A DNA stretch of 64,000 bases. Origin: an uncultured Alphaproteobacteria bacterium (GTDB lineage: Bacteria > Pseudomonadota > Alphaproteobacteria > Methylaequorales > Methylaequoraceae). The notes below the pieces were generated by a model. The model had not been told where the DNA came from. It was given only the letters and a program-made list of their open reading frames with translations, and did not search any database. A program made the translations under genes and the position numbers. Location of the stretch: positions 19,751 through 83,750 of the forward strand of contig CACMJG010000001.1 in assembly GCA_902613995.1 (NCBI GenBank), in the 5' to 3' direction. Shown piece after piece: positions 16,531 through 26,548 of the stretch; the stretch's first letter is position 1, and each line of letters starts with the position of its first letter.

Positions 16531-18654
16531 TTAAACTCTTATAAATCTCAACCTCACGCAAGCTCCACCATATTTTTTGCTATCAAGTAAATTAATCTCG
16601 CCTCCATGATCTTCAATAATTTTTTTACATATTGCAAGTCCTAAACCTGTACCATTAATTTTATTCGTTATGTAAGGTTCAAATAATTTATCTCTATTTT
16701 TAGGAAAACCAGTACCGTTATCTTCAATAATTATTACAATTAATTTTTTTTCAATAAAAATTTGAACTGATATTACTTTATTCTTTTTTTCAGATGACTC
16801 ATATGAATTTTTTAATATATTCAGAAATAGCCTTCCTATTTGATTTTCATCACAATTAATTCGCAAATCCTTAAATTTATTTTTGTAAAGAACTTTAATT
16901 TGGTTGTCTAAAATTTTAATTGTTTGAATTTGAGTTTCTATTATTTTACTTAACTTTACCTCTTTAAAAACACTTTCTGGCATTCTTGCAAAGTTCGAAA
17001 AGTCGGAAACTAAAGTTTGAATATTATTTACTTGTCTTTTAATTGTATCAGTACAATCCAAAAATGATTTTTTGTTAATTTGATTCTCTATAAATGTTTT
17101 TTCTAATCTTTGAGCAGATAATTTAATTGGGGTTAACGGATTTTTAATTTCATGGGCCATATATCTTGCTACATTCGACCAAGCAGCATGTTTTTGCGCT
17201 GAAACTAATTCAGACACATCATCTATACTTAGAATAAAACCTGTAACCGAATTCTTTTCAATAATTTCTGAAATCTTAATATTTAAAAATTTAAGCTTAT
17301 AGTTTGCTAAGTACTTTATTTGAATTTCATTATTTTTTATTTTATCAAGATTAAATTTTTTTATTATTTGCTTAATATTACTGTGATTATCTAAAAAATC
17401 CTTAGTAATTTTTTTATCGAATATCTCCTGGGCATTTTTGTTACTCAAAAGGACCTTGCCATTTAGATCAACATAAATTATTCCTGTATTGATGTTGTTT
17501 ATAATGTTTTCTGTAAACTTTCTCCTTAAATTTATTATCTCTTTTGCTTTTAATAATTTATTTTTTTGATCGTTTAAAATATCAAGCATTTTATTTAAAA
17601 CATTTGACAAAATATTAAATTCGTTATTACCAGTAAACACTCTAATTCTCGTTGAAAAATCTTCTTTTATTATTTTTTCAGAATCAAGAATTATCTGCAT
17701 AATTGGTTCAATTATTCTATTTGAAAACCTCAGGCCAAACCATATCGAAAGAAGAATCATCAAAAAGTTTATAGCAATAAAAAGTTGATTAAATTGAGAT
17801 TGAAAACTATCCAATTTCTTTGTTATATTTAAATATTCAGTTGCAGCATTATCCACAGACTCAACTCTTCCCAAAACATTTGAATCTACATCTTTGCCAA
17901 TAAATAAATATGTAGGTATTGCCCTTTGTATTTTAATTAAAGCTCTGACTTTAGTTTTTTCATTATTTGGAAAAACAGCAATGTCACCGTCATCAGCAAT
18001 TAAAAAAGACCATAGCGGAGGTGCTGTTTCAGACTCTATCAAAAAACTTCCAACTTTTGCTAGCAACTGACCGGTTCCTTCAAAAATTATTGCTTCCTCT
18101 AAATCCTTTATTTCTGCAAAATAACTCAAAAATTCTGTAAGTCTTTCTCTATCAGTAAAAAAAACAATCTTTTCATTATTTATTTCACTTTGTAAAAATA
18201 AAACATCATTCTTAATGTTACTTATATGTTCATTAAAATAAGATTCAGAAATGTTTTTGGAACCATTAATTACTTGCTTGATCTTTTCATTAAACCAAAT
18301 TTTTATACCTTGATCAAAAAAAATTAAAGAGAATACTGTAATTAATGTTGAAGGAATTAGAGTGATGAAAATGAATAATAATGTAAAATGTACCTTAAAT
18401 TTAGATCTAAATTTTCTTTGATTAAAATTCTCTTTTATTTTTCTTACAGAAATTAAAATAAGTAAAATAATAATAGCAAAATTAATTGAAATTAAATTAG
18501 AAACGTTATCAATTTCTTCCAAATTTGAAAGATTTCCTGTCAAGGTTAGAAAAATTAATAAACTAAGTATGAAAGATAATGAAAAGAGTATTAAAAAAAT
18601 TACATTTGTTAAATCTTTTTTATCAGCAAACTTTAATATTCTCTCTTTAGTCAT
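16531..18654 (-). CDS. ntrY: Sensor histidine kinase NtrY
   Basis: 707 aa. It has N-terminal transmembrane segments, a HAMP/PAS region, the H-box MAHEIKNPLTPI and an HATPase (GTGLGLAICKKIIEDHGG). It is paired with ntrX. Confidence 0.8.
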   Translation of the reverse strand: MTKERILKFADKKDLTNVIFLILFSLSFILSLLIFLTLTGNLSNLEEIDNVSNLISINFAIIILLILISVRKIKENFNQRKFRSKFKVHFTLLFIFITLIPSTLITVFSLIFFDQGIKIWFNEKIKQVINGSKNISESYFNEHISNIKNDVLFLQSEINNEKIVFFTDRERLTEFLSYFAEIKDLEEAIIFEGTGQLLAKVGSFLIESETAPPLWSFLIADDGDIAVFPNNEKTKVRALIKIQRAIPTYLFIGKDVDSNVLGRVESVDNAATEYLNITKKLDSFQSQFNQLFIAINFLMILLSIWFGLRFSNRIIEPIMQIILDSEKIIKEDFSTRIRVFTGNNEFNILSNVLNKMLDILNDQKNKLLKAKEIINLRRKFTENIINNINTGIIYVDLNGKVLLSNKNAQEIFDKKITKDFLDNHSNIKQIIKKFNLDKIKNNEIQIKYLANYKLKFLNIKISEIIEKNSVTGFILSIDDVSELVSAQKHAAWSNVARYMAHEIKNPLTPIKLSAQRLEKTFIENQINKKSFLDCTDTIKRQVNNIQTLVSDFSNFARMPESVFKEVKLSKIIETQIQTIKILDNQIKVLYKNKFKDLRINCDENQIGRLFLNILKNSYESSEKKNKVISVQIFIEKKLIVIIIEDNGTGFPKNRDKLFEPYITNKINGTGLGLAICKKIIEDHGGEINLLDSKKYGGACVRLRFIRV

Positions 18655-20084
18655 TATTTTCCATATTTGGAAGATATTTTAAGTTTTTTTAATTTTGATC
18701 TCAAAGTATTTCTATTTATACCTAGAACTTTTGACGTTTTAATCTGATTACCTTTACAAAATTCAAGTGATTTTAATATTAAAGGTCTTTCAAATTCATT
18801 CATAAATTTATCATGTAAACCTATCTTTTGATCATTACTATCAAGACTGTCAAAAAAGTTTTTTAAGAAACTTTCTAGATAAGAACGTAAATTTTCTTTT
18901 TCGTTTTTATGTGAGATTTCTTCTGTTTCAACTAATTGAAATTTATCATAGTCCATATAATCTTTTAGTATTGTAGCACTCATAATTGTATCAGATGTTA
19001 ATACAGACACTCTCTTCAATAAATTCTCTAGCTCCCTAATATTTCCTGGCCAATGATGGGATTTTAAAAAATTAACAGCAGAACTATCGAATTGTTTTTT
19101 ACCATCAGAATAGAGGTTTAGATAATGTCTTCCAAGAGAAATAATATCATTTTCTCTCTCTCTTAGTGGTGGGAGAAAAATATTTATAACATTTAATCTA
19201 TAAAATAAGTCTTCTCTAAACTCCCCTTTTTCAATAGAAGAGTGAATATTCTTATTTGTTGCGGAAATTATTCTAACATCGGTTTTGATGACTTCTCTTC
19301 CACCTACTCTTGTAAATTCTCCAAATTGAAGAACCCTGAGTAACCTTGATTGAATGTCGTATGGCATATCACCAATCTCATCTAAAAAAAGTGTTCCACC
19401 AGATGATTTTTCAAAAAAACCTGATGTTTGCTTTTCGGCCCCTGTGAAGGCTCCTTTTTCGTACCCAAATAATTCACTTTCTATTAGATTTTCTGGAAGT
19501 GAAGCCATATTAATAGCAATAAATGGTTTCTGAGCTCTATCACTAAAATTATGTATGGTTTTTGCAACAAGTTCTTTACCTGTACCAGATTCGCCATTGA
19601 TGAAAACTGAAAAATTTGTTTTGGTAATTTTTGCAATATTTTTGTAAACAACCTGCATAACTGAGGACGTACCTATCATTGGAAGATTCTCTTCAAATTT
19701 GATTTCTTTGTTTTGTTCAGAATTCTTTTTTAAAGATCTATCAACAGAAATAATTAAATCATTCAAGTCAAGTGGTTTTGGAATATATTCGAAAACATCT
19801 AGTTGATCCGCTTTTATTGCAGTTAAAATGTTGTTTTGAGCGCTAATAACAATAAATTCCAGGTGATTAAATTTTTTCTTAAGCTTCTTTACTAACTCAA
19901 GCCCATCACCATCTGGAAGAACAACGTCGCAAATTACTAAATTGAAATCTTCTTTTTCAAGTATATACCAACCCTCAGAAATAGTTGATGCTGTTTTAAT
20001 AGTAATTTTAGAAGTTCGTAATGCTTTTAGCATCAGAGTTCTCAGTGCGTAATCGTCGTCAATAATAAGAATTTTTTTTTGCAT
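18654..20084 (-). CDS. ntrC: Sigma-54-dependent response regulator NtrC
   Basis: 476 aa. It has a REC domain and an AAA+ domain with Walker A GESGTGKE, an intact GAFTGA loop (codons at 19437-19454) and a Fis-type HTH at the C-terminus. Confidence 0.85.
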   Translation of the reverse strand: MQKKILIIDDDYALRTLMLKALRTSKITIKTASTISEGWYILEKEDFNLVICDVVLPDGDGLELVKKLKKKFNHLEFIVISAQNNILTAIKADQLDVFEYIPKPLDLNDLIISVDRSLKKNSEQNKEIKFEENLPMIGTSSVMQVVYKNIAKITKTNFSVFINGESGTGKELVAKTIHNFSDRAQKPFIAINMASLPENLIESELFGYEKGAFTGAEKQTSGFFEKSSGGTLFLDEIGDMPYDIQSRLLRVLQFGEFTRVGGREVIKTDVRIISATNKNIHSSIEKGEFREDLFYRLNVINIFLPPLRERENDIISLGRHYLNLYSDGKKQFDSSAVNFLKSHHWPGNIRELENLLKRVSVLTSDTIMSATILKDYMDYDKFQLVETEEISHKNEKENLRSYLESFLKNFFDSLDSNDQKIGLHDKFMNEFERPLILKSLEFCKGNQIKTSKVLGINRNTLRSKLKKLKISSKYGK

Positions 20085-20094
20085 TTTGTAAAAT

Positions 20095-21141
20095 TTAATA
20101 GGGTAGGATGATTTCTGCTGTTGTAACTCCTTCTTGAGATTTGAAAACTATTGTACCTTCATGATTATCAATGATTCTTTTTACCAAAAATAATCCTATT
20201 CCTGAACCTCTTTTTTTTGTTGAATAAAATGGAAGAAATATTTTGTCTATTAAGTTCTTTGGAATTCCAATTCCATTGTTACAAATACTAATTTTTAATA
20301 AATTTTTTTTTATAGAGTTTTTTATGGTTGGAATTGATATGCTCTCTCCGACAACAAACCTTGTTTGAATTTTTAGATATGAATTTTTATCAAATAAAGA
20401 TGATTCATAAGCATTTATAAAAATATTATCAAAAGCTTGAATTATTAAATCTCTATTAATTTCAATTAATGGAAGAGAAGGATCAAATTCTTCTGAAATA
20501 TTTAATTTGTTAGGCATTTGTTTGATTTTGAATAAACATAATCTTATTAATTCGTGAATGTTTTCCTTTTTTTTTACTGAAATATTATTTACTTCTGTAA
20601 AAGTAAAATTATGAAAAAGCCGTGCTATTCTTGATGCTTCTGATTTAATAATTTCTAAAAGTTCATCATCTACATTAACATACCTTTTTTTTATTAAATC
20701 AGATGCAAGTTTAATTGATGAAATTGGATTATTAATCTCATGAGACAGAAAAGAAAATATATCATTAAGATAGTTCATTTTTTCAAAAGTACGTTTTTCG
20801 CTTGTAACTTTTTTTAGAACAATAAAGAATTTATTGTTAAGTTCTTCAGAAGTAATACATTGAATTTCAAAAAAAAAACTACTAATCTTAATATTATCTT
20901 TAATAACAAAAACACCATTTTTTTTTATTATGTCTGAAATATTTGCAATTAAAATTGGATCTTTCGTAAATATATCTTTAAGTTCTTTACCATCTAACAA
21001 TTCGTTGCTTTTACCTAATAAATTTTGTGTTTCTATGTTACAATATTCAATTTTTAATTTTTTTTTTTTTATTAGAAAAATTGGTTGTGGAAAAAGTTCA
21101 AATATTATTTTAAATAGTTGTGAAGAATTGATTTCAGACAT
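20095..21141 (-). CDS. ntrB: Sensor histidine kinase NtrB-like (PAS, HisKA and HATPase domains)
   Basis: 348 aa. It is cytoplasmic, with a PAS-like N-terminus, the H-box LSHEINNPISSIK and GSGIGLFLVKRIIDNHEG. It lies between dusB and ntrC, as in the canonical nifR3-ntrBC operon. Confidence 0.75.
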   Translation of the reverse strand: MSEINSSQLFKIIFELFPQPIFLIKKKKLKIEYCNIETQNLLGKSNELLDGKELKDIFTKDPILIANISDIIKKNGVFVIKDNIKISSFFFEIQCITSEELNNKFFIVLKKVTSEKRTFEKMNYLNDIFSFLSHEINNPISSIKLASDLIKKRYVNVDDELLEIIKSEASRIARLFHNFTFTEVNNISVKKKENIHELIRLCLFKIKQMPNKLNISEEFDPSLPLIEINRDLIIQAFDNIFINAYESSLFDKNSYLKIQTRFVVGESISIPTIKNSIKKNLLKISICNNGIGIPKNLIDKIFLPFYSTKKRGSGIGLFLVKRIIDNHEGTIVFKSQEGVTTAEIILPY

Positions 21142-21149
21142 AAAAAGTT

Positions 21150-22091
21150 TTAAAAGAAATCATTAATTAAGTTTTTTAAAATAATTTCGTCTGTGCATTG
21201 ATTTATTTTAAGTCTAAATTCATTGGAATTATTTATTGACTTTGAATACCAACCTAGGTGTTTTCTAAACGATTTAAGACCAATATCTTTTCCATAATGA
21301 TCTAAACTTAATTGAAGATGATTAAGAATTATTAGTTTTTTGAAGTTGTTATTGATTTTAAATTTATTTTTATTGAAATTTAACTCTTGAAATATCCAAG
21401 GTCTTCCATAGGAACCTCTTCCAATCATTACTCCATCTGCTTTAGAGTCTTTTAGTGCTTGTTTTAAATTTTCTTTATTTGTTATGTCTCCATTTACAAG
21501 AACTGGTATTTTAACATTATTTTTTACATTTTGTACAAATTTCCAATCTGACTTACCTTTGTACATTTGACATCTTGTTCTACCATGAATAGTTATCATT
21601 TTAATTCCACTATTCTCAGCAATCTTTGCAATCTTTGGAGCATTTAAGGAATTATCATCCCAGCCTTTACGCATCTTTAATGTAACTGGAACTTTTACTG
21701 ATTTAGAAACGGATTCTAAAATTTTAGTTGCTAATATCTCGTCTTTCATTAACGCAGATCCTGCATAACCATTAACTACTTTCTTTACTGGACAACCCAT
21801 ATTTATATCTATTATGTCTGCACCATTATCTTCACAAATTTTTGAAGCCTCCATCATAACTTCTGGGTCACAACCTGCAATTTGTACCGCTGAAAGATAA
21901 TTATCGGTTTTTTTTATCATTTTCATTGTTTTTGAGTTTTGAGCTAATAATGCCCTACTCGCAATCATTTCAGAAAATACCAATCCTGGCTTAAATTTTT
22001 TAACTATTTCTCTATATGGATAGTCAGTAACACCTGACATTGGTGCTAGCAGAAAATTTGAATTTACTTGTAAATTGCCAATATTTAACAT
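21150..22091 (-). CDS. dusB: tRNA-dihydrouridine synthase B (NifR3 family)
   Basis: 313 aa. Family motifs LAPMSGVTD, DINMGCPVKKV and HGRTR are present. Confidence 0.9.
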   Translation of the reverse strand: MLNIGNLQVNSNFLLAPMSGVTDYPYREIVKKFKPGLVFSEMIASRALLAQNSKTMKMIKKTDNYLSAVQIAGCDPEVMMEASKICEDNGADIIDINMGCPVKKVVNGYAGSALMKDEILATKILESVSKSVKVPVTLKMRKGWDDNSLNAPKIAKIAENSGIKMITIHGRTRCQMYKGKSDWKFVQNVKNNVKIPVLVNGDITNKENLKQALKDSKADGVMIGRGSYGRPWIFQELNFNKNKFKINNNFKKLIILNHLQLSLDHYGKDIGLKSFRKHLGWYSKSINNSNEFRLKINQCTDEIILKNLINDFF

Positions 22092-22897
22092 TAGTTAAGC
22101 AGTCTAACCCCAAAATAAGAAAAACTAATTAATAAATAACTCAATAAAACCATCCTAAAAATCATTTTTCCAGATAACCCCCTATACATTCTTACGATAA
22201 TTATCATTAAAGTAAGGAATAATGAAATTAAACTAAAAATAACTTTTTCGTTAAAAAAATAAATTAAATTATCTTCTGTTTCAATAAAATAATAAAGTCC
22301 AGATACTAATGAAATTACCAAAAAGATTATTGTTAAATATAGAAATCTTATTGCAAGAATTTCACTTTCATACAAAGAAGGAAGAAAATTATTAATTATT
22401 CTGTTGTACCTCATTTTCTTGATATTTGAATCTTGAATAATAATACAGTAAGAGGTCACAAGGCTAATTGTTATCAGTGAGTATGATAGCAATGATGTAA
22501 TGATATGAATCACTAGATACTGACTTTCAAACAGTTGTACTTCACTAGTTTCATCTAGTGATGAGATACAAATAAGAAATCTAAAAATAATAATTATTAA
22601 AAAGAACGGAACAAAAAGTATACGTAATCTAATAAATTGGAATGAAAATAAAGATAAGATAAAAAAAATTGAAAATAAAATAATAATCAAAAGAGAAGCA
22701 ACAAGTGCAAGTTTATTTGAAATAAAATTTAAAACAAAAATATAATACACGAAACTTAAAAAAGTCTGAAAAAAGAGAGTAAATAGATAAGATATTTTAT
22801 TTATATCTGTATTATTTTCTATCCTTGTAAAACATAAAAGAGAAAATAGAATAAAGCTTAAAATAGAAATGGCTTCGATTGACGCATATATATTCAT
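22091..22897 (-). CDS. Polytopic membrane protein, possibly of the cytochrome c assembly (CcsA/YpjD-like) family
   Basis: 268 aa with about 8 hydrophobic segments. The segment VIHIITSLLSYSL...FLPSLYESE resembles the H-x3-S-x2-Y and LPxL signature of YpjD/CcsA-like proteins. The function call is tentative. An AGGTG Shine-Dalgarno lies 5 nt upstream, and there is a TAATG overlap with dusB. Confidence 0.5.
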   Translation of the reverse strand: MNIYASIEAISILSFILFSLLCFTRIENNTDINKISYLFTLFFQTFLSFVYYIFVLNFISNKLALVASLLIIILFSIFFILSLFSFQFIRLRILFVPFFLIIIIFRFLICISSLDETSEVQLFESQYLVIHIITSLLSYSLITISLVTSYCIIIQDSNIKKMRYNRIINNFLPSLYESEILAIRFLYLTIIFLVISLVSGLYYFIETEDNLIYFFNEKVIFSLISLFLTLMIIIVRMYRGLSGKMIFRMVLLSYLLISFSYFGVRLLN

Positions 22898-22921
22898 ACA
22901 ACACCTATACTATATTATTTA

Positions 22922-24079
22922 ATGCAAAAAAATAATCTAGCAATAATACTTAGTGGTGGAACTGGCAAAAGATTTGATATATCTAAACCGAAACAATTTT
23001 ATAAATTAAATAAAAAAACAATTATAGAAACAACTGTTGAAAAATTTATTAACTCAAATTTTTTTAATTATATCATAGTAGTAAGTCATAAAGATTTTTT
23101 TAAATTTACAAAAAATTTATTTAATAATAAAAATATTAAAGTCATCCTTGGTGGAGAAAATAGACAAAAATCTGTTTTTAATGGCCTAAGTGCAGCTAAA
23201 TCTTTAGACCCAAAATATGTTTTAATTCATGACGCGGTAAGACCTTTTTTTTCGATGAATTTGCTTAAAAAAGTTTTAAAGAATCTTGAGGGTGAAATTA
23301 GCGTTATTCCATCAATTAACGTATATGATTCTGTTAGATACTTTAAAAACAAAAAATATTCAAATGTATTTAGAGAAAACTTAAAACTTATACAAACACC
23401 TCAAGGTTTCTGCTTTAATTCAATTTATGAAGCCCACAAAAAAAATAAAGAAAGTATTCATACAGATGATTCTATGATTTTATATGAATTAAAAAATAAA
23501 ATAAAATTGATTAAAGGCGAGAAAATGAACTTTAAGATAACAACCAAAGAAGACTATAAAATTGGCAAATTGATTGTGGAAAAAAATAATAATATGAGTG
23601 ATATACGAGTGGGAACTGGCTTTGATGTGCATAAATTTAAAAAAGGAAAAGAACTTAAATTATTTGGAATCACTATTCCATTTAATAAAAGTTTAGATGG
23701 ACATTCCGACGCTGATGTTGGTTTTCATTCAATTGTAGATGCTATATTAGGAGGTTTGTGCCTAGGTGATATAGGAAATCACTTTCCTCCAACTGATAAC
23801 AAATGGAAAAACAAACAATCGATTTTCTTTATGACGCATGTGAAAAAGCTACTTAAGAATGAAAAATTTCAAATTAATAATCTTGATGTTACTTTGATTT
23901 GTGAGAAACCAAAAGTATCACAATATCAGAAAAGGTTTGTAAAAAGTGTTGCAGAAGCTCTTGATATTGATTGCAGTAAAATTAATATAAAAGGAACGAC
24001 AACAGAAAAACTTGGATTTCTTGGAAGAGAAGAAGGTATTGCCTGTCAAGTTTCGGTAACATTATCAAAAAATGTTTAA
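22922..24079 (+). CDS. ispDF: Bifunctional IspD/IspF (MEP cytidylyltransferase / MEcPP synthase)
   Basis: 385 aa. It has an N-terminal IspD domain (ILSGGTGKRF) and a C-terminal IspF domain (RVGTGFDVHKF...GHSDADV). The fused form is typical of Alphaproteobacteria. Confidence 0.95.
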   Translation: MQKNNLAIILSGGTGKRFDISKPKQFYKLNKKTIIETTVEKFINSNFFNYIIVVSHKDFFKFTKNLFNNKNIKVILGGENRQKSVFNGLSAAKSLDPKYVLIHDAVRPFFSMNLLKKVLKNLEGEISVIPSINVYDSVRYFKNKKYSNVFRENLKLIQTPQGFCFNSIYEAHKKNKESIHTDDSMILYELKNKIKLIKGEKMNFKITTKEDYKIGKLIVEKNNNMSDIRVGTGFDVHKFKKGKELKLFGITIPFNKSLDGHSDADVGFHSIVDAILGGLCLGDIGNHFPPTDNKWKNKQSIFFMTHVKKLLKNEKFQINNLDVTLICEKPKVSQYQKRFVKSVAEALDIDCSKINIKGTTTEKLGFLGREEGIACQVSVTLSKNV

Positions 24080-24527
24080 AAAATTTCCACTTTTTTTCTG
24101 CACAGGATTTGGAATTGGATTTTTTCCGCTATTTCCTGGAACAATAGCATCTTTAGCTATCTTACCAGTGATATGGTTTGTAAAATTAAACTTCTCTTTA
24201 GAAATTTTAATATTAGGAATCATACTTTACTGTGGCATATCAATGTTTTTATTAAAAATAACTTTATTAAATAAAAGAGATAAAGATCCTAAATATATTG
24301 TTTGTGATGAATATATAGGGCAATCTATATCTCTAATTTTTTGTAATGAAAACATTATAGATTATTTTCTGGCATTCTTTATTTTTAGGGTACTCGATAT
24401 AAAAAAACCTTTTCCAATAAGTCATTTTGATAACAAGAAAAGTGTTTCTAGTGTGTTTATTGATGATATAATTGCTGGTTTAATTGTGGCAACAATTTTT
24501 TTTGGTTATTATGAAATATGGAAATAA
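24072..24527 (+). CDS. pgpA: Phosphatidylglycerophosphatase A
   Basis: 151 aa. It is a membrane protein with FGIGFFPLFPGTIASL and a DD(I)xAG motif near the C-terminus. It overlaps ispDF by 8 nt. Confidence 0.8.
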   Translation: MFKKFPLFFCTGFGIGFFPLFPGTIASLAILPVIWFVKLNFSLEILILGIILYCGISMFLLKITLLNKRDKDPKYIVCDEYIGQSISLIFCNENIIDYFLAFFIFRVLDIKKPFPISHFDNKKSVSSVFIDDIIAGLIVATIFFGYYEIWK

Positions 24528-24996
24528 AACAAACAAATTAATTAATATTTTATTAAAAAAAAATGTAAAGATTTGTGCTGCTGAATCTATAACAGGAGGA
24601 AGATTTGCATTTGAAATTATAAAAAATGAAAATGCTTCAAAAATTTTTGATTATGGACTTGTTACTTACTCCGATGACTCTAAATCAAATATTTTAGGAC
24701 TAAAAGATAAAATAAACAAAACCAATGTTGTGAGTACAGAAATGTCAAAATATATGGTAAAAGAAGTAACTAAATTTTCAAATCACAAAAAAGTTTTAGC
24801 AGTTTCCTGCACTGGTCAAGCTGGTCCAACGGTTTTAAATGCAAACTTCCCAATTGGGACAGTATTCATTGGGGTATCTTATAAGGCAAGGATTTTCTCT
24901 TTTAAAAAGTGTTTTAACCAAAAAAATCGGTTATCTATTATTAATTCAACAGTTAAGGAAATGATAAATAGTTGTCTGGATATTATTGAAGCTTAA
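24511..24996 (+). CDS. pncC: CinA C-terminal domain protein / nicotinamide-nucleotide amidohydrolase PncC
   Basis: It carries the AAESITGG motif. The ORF opens at 24484, but the Met at 24511 (MKYGNKTNKL...) gives the family-typical N-terminus. Confidence 0.8.
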   Translation: MKYGNKTNKLINILLKKNVKICAAESITGGRFAFEIIKNENASKIFDYGLVTYSDDSKSNILGLKDKINKTNVVSTEMSKYMVKEVTKFSNHKKVLAVSCTGQAGPTVLNANFPIGTVFIGVSYKARIFSFKKCFNQKNRLSIINSTVKEMINSCLDIIEA

Positions 24997-25274
24997 TCAT
25001 ATAAATAAACTTTTTCATTTTTATCCTTATAAAAAAGTTTATCTTTTATAACAATCTTTTTAAACTCGTCTGAACCTTCAAAATTATTTAAAAAATTGTT
25101 CAGTGTTTCAAATTCTTTTTTTTTATTCTTTAAATTATTTTCATATTCATAAATCAAATCAAAATTATTAAAGAATGTGAATATATTTTTTTCACTAAAT
25201 AATATTTCAAAAAATAAAAAAAAGAAAATTGAATAATATATAAAAAAAATTAATTTTGATTTTATTAGACTCAT
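24993..25274 (-). CDS. ftsB: Septum formation initiator (FtsB/DivIC-like) small bitopic protein
   Basis: 93 aa. It has one N-terminal transmembrane helix followed by a coiled-coil-like segment rich in Asn, Lys and Glu. It lies immediately downstream of eno (ATGA overlap), the usual position of ftsB. Sequence similarity is judged only by architecture. Confidence 0.55.
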   Translation of the reverse strand: MSLIKSKLIFFIYYSIFFFLFFEILFSEKNIFTFFNNFDLIYEYENNLKNKKKEFETLNNFLNNFEGSDEFKKIVIKDKLFYKDKNEKVYLYD

Positions 25275-26548
25275 AAATATTTATGAAAAGGTTCAACTCC
25301 TGAAAACTTCAAATTTTCATCTCTTTCTTCTATTCTTAATAATTGATTATATTTAGCTATTCTCTCAGATCTACAGAGAGAACCTGTTTTTATCTGCCCT
25401 GTTGACATCCCAACTGAAAAATCAGAAATAAATGTTTCTTCAGTTTCCCCTGACCTGTGTGAGATTATAGAATTAAAATTATTATGTTTAGCTAATTCTA
25501 TTGTATTGATAGTTTCAGTAACTGTCCCAATCTGATTAAGTTTTATTAAAATTGAATTGCCACAATTATTTTTGATTCCTTTTTCTAATCTTTCTGTTGA
25601 TGTTACGAATAGATCATCGCCTACGAGTTGGCATTTGTCACCTATCTCAGTCGTAAGCGCTCTCCACCCTTCCCAATCATTTTCGTCTAGTCCATCTTCA
25701 ATTGAAATAATTGGATAGTTTTTAATCAAATTTTCATAGTAACTTATTAGCCCATCGCTTTTTACTTCAAGTGATTCACCGGAAAGCATGTATTTTTTTT
25801 TATTAAAAAATTCAGACGCTGCAACATCCAATGCAATATAAATTTCTTTTCCTGGTTTATAACCTGCTTTTTCAATTGCATTAAGAATTAAATCAAGGCA
25901 TTCTCTATTTGACGAAATTTCTGGTGCAAACCCTCCCTCGTCTCCAACTGATGTAGAAAGATTCTTAGAAATAAGCAATTCTTTTAAAGAATGAAATACT
26001 TCACAACCAGCTCTTAAAGATTCTTTAAATGATTTGAAATGCCCTGGAATAATCATAAATTCTTGAAAATCCAAAGAATTACTTGAATGGCAACCTCCAT
26101 TTATTATATTCATCATTGGCGTTGGAATAGTATTTTGTATCCCCCCAATATACTTGTATAGAGGCGTGTTTAGAAAAATTGAAGCTGCCTTAGCACATGC
26201 AAGTGATACTGCTAAAATTGAATTAGCACCTAATCTTTTTTTATTTTTGGTCCCATCCAGATCAATTAAGGTATTATCAATTTCTTTTTGATTCATAACA
26301 TCAAAACCTAAAATTGTTTCTTTAATCTCAGAATTTATTAAGCTAACTGCATTTTGAACACCTTTTGAGAAATATCGTTTTTTATCTCCATCTCTTAATT
26401 CATAGGCTTCAAATGTCCCAGTAGAAGCACCAGAAGGAACAGAGGCGATAATTGAATGACTAGATATTAATTCTATCTCGACTTCAACCGTCGGAAACCC
26501 TCTGCTATCTATTATTTCTCTTGCGAAGAGTGATTTAATTTTTGACAT
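25271..26548 (-). CDS. eno: Enolase
   Basis: 425 aa. It contains REIIDSRGFPTVEVE, SHRSGETE and IKLNQIGT. Confidence 0.97.
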   Translation of the reverse strand: MSKIKSLFAREIIDSRGFPTVEVEIELISSHSIIASVPSGASTGTFEAYELRDGDKKRYFSKGVQNAVSLINSEIKETILGFDVMNQKEIDNTLIDLDGTKNKKRLGANSILAVSLACAKAASIFLNTPLYKYIGGIQNTIPTPMMNIINGGCHSSNSLDFQEFMIIPGHFKSFKESLRAGCEVFHSLKELLISKNLSTSVGDEGGFAPEISSNRECLDLILNAIEKAGYKPGKEIYIALDVAASEFFNKKKYMLSGESLEVKSDGLISYYENLIKNYPIISIEDGLDENDWEGWRALTTEIGDKCQLVGDDLFVTSTERLEKGIKNNCGNSILIKLNQIGTVTETINTIELAKHNNFNSIISHRSGETEETFISDFSVGMSTGQIKTGSLCRSERIAKYNQLLRIEERDENLKFSGVEPFHKYL

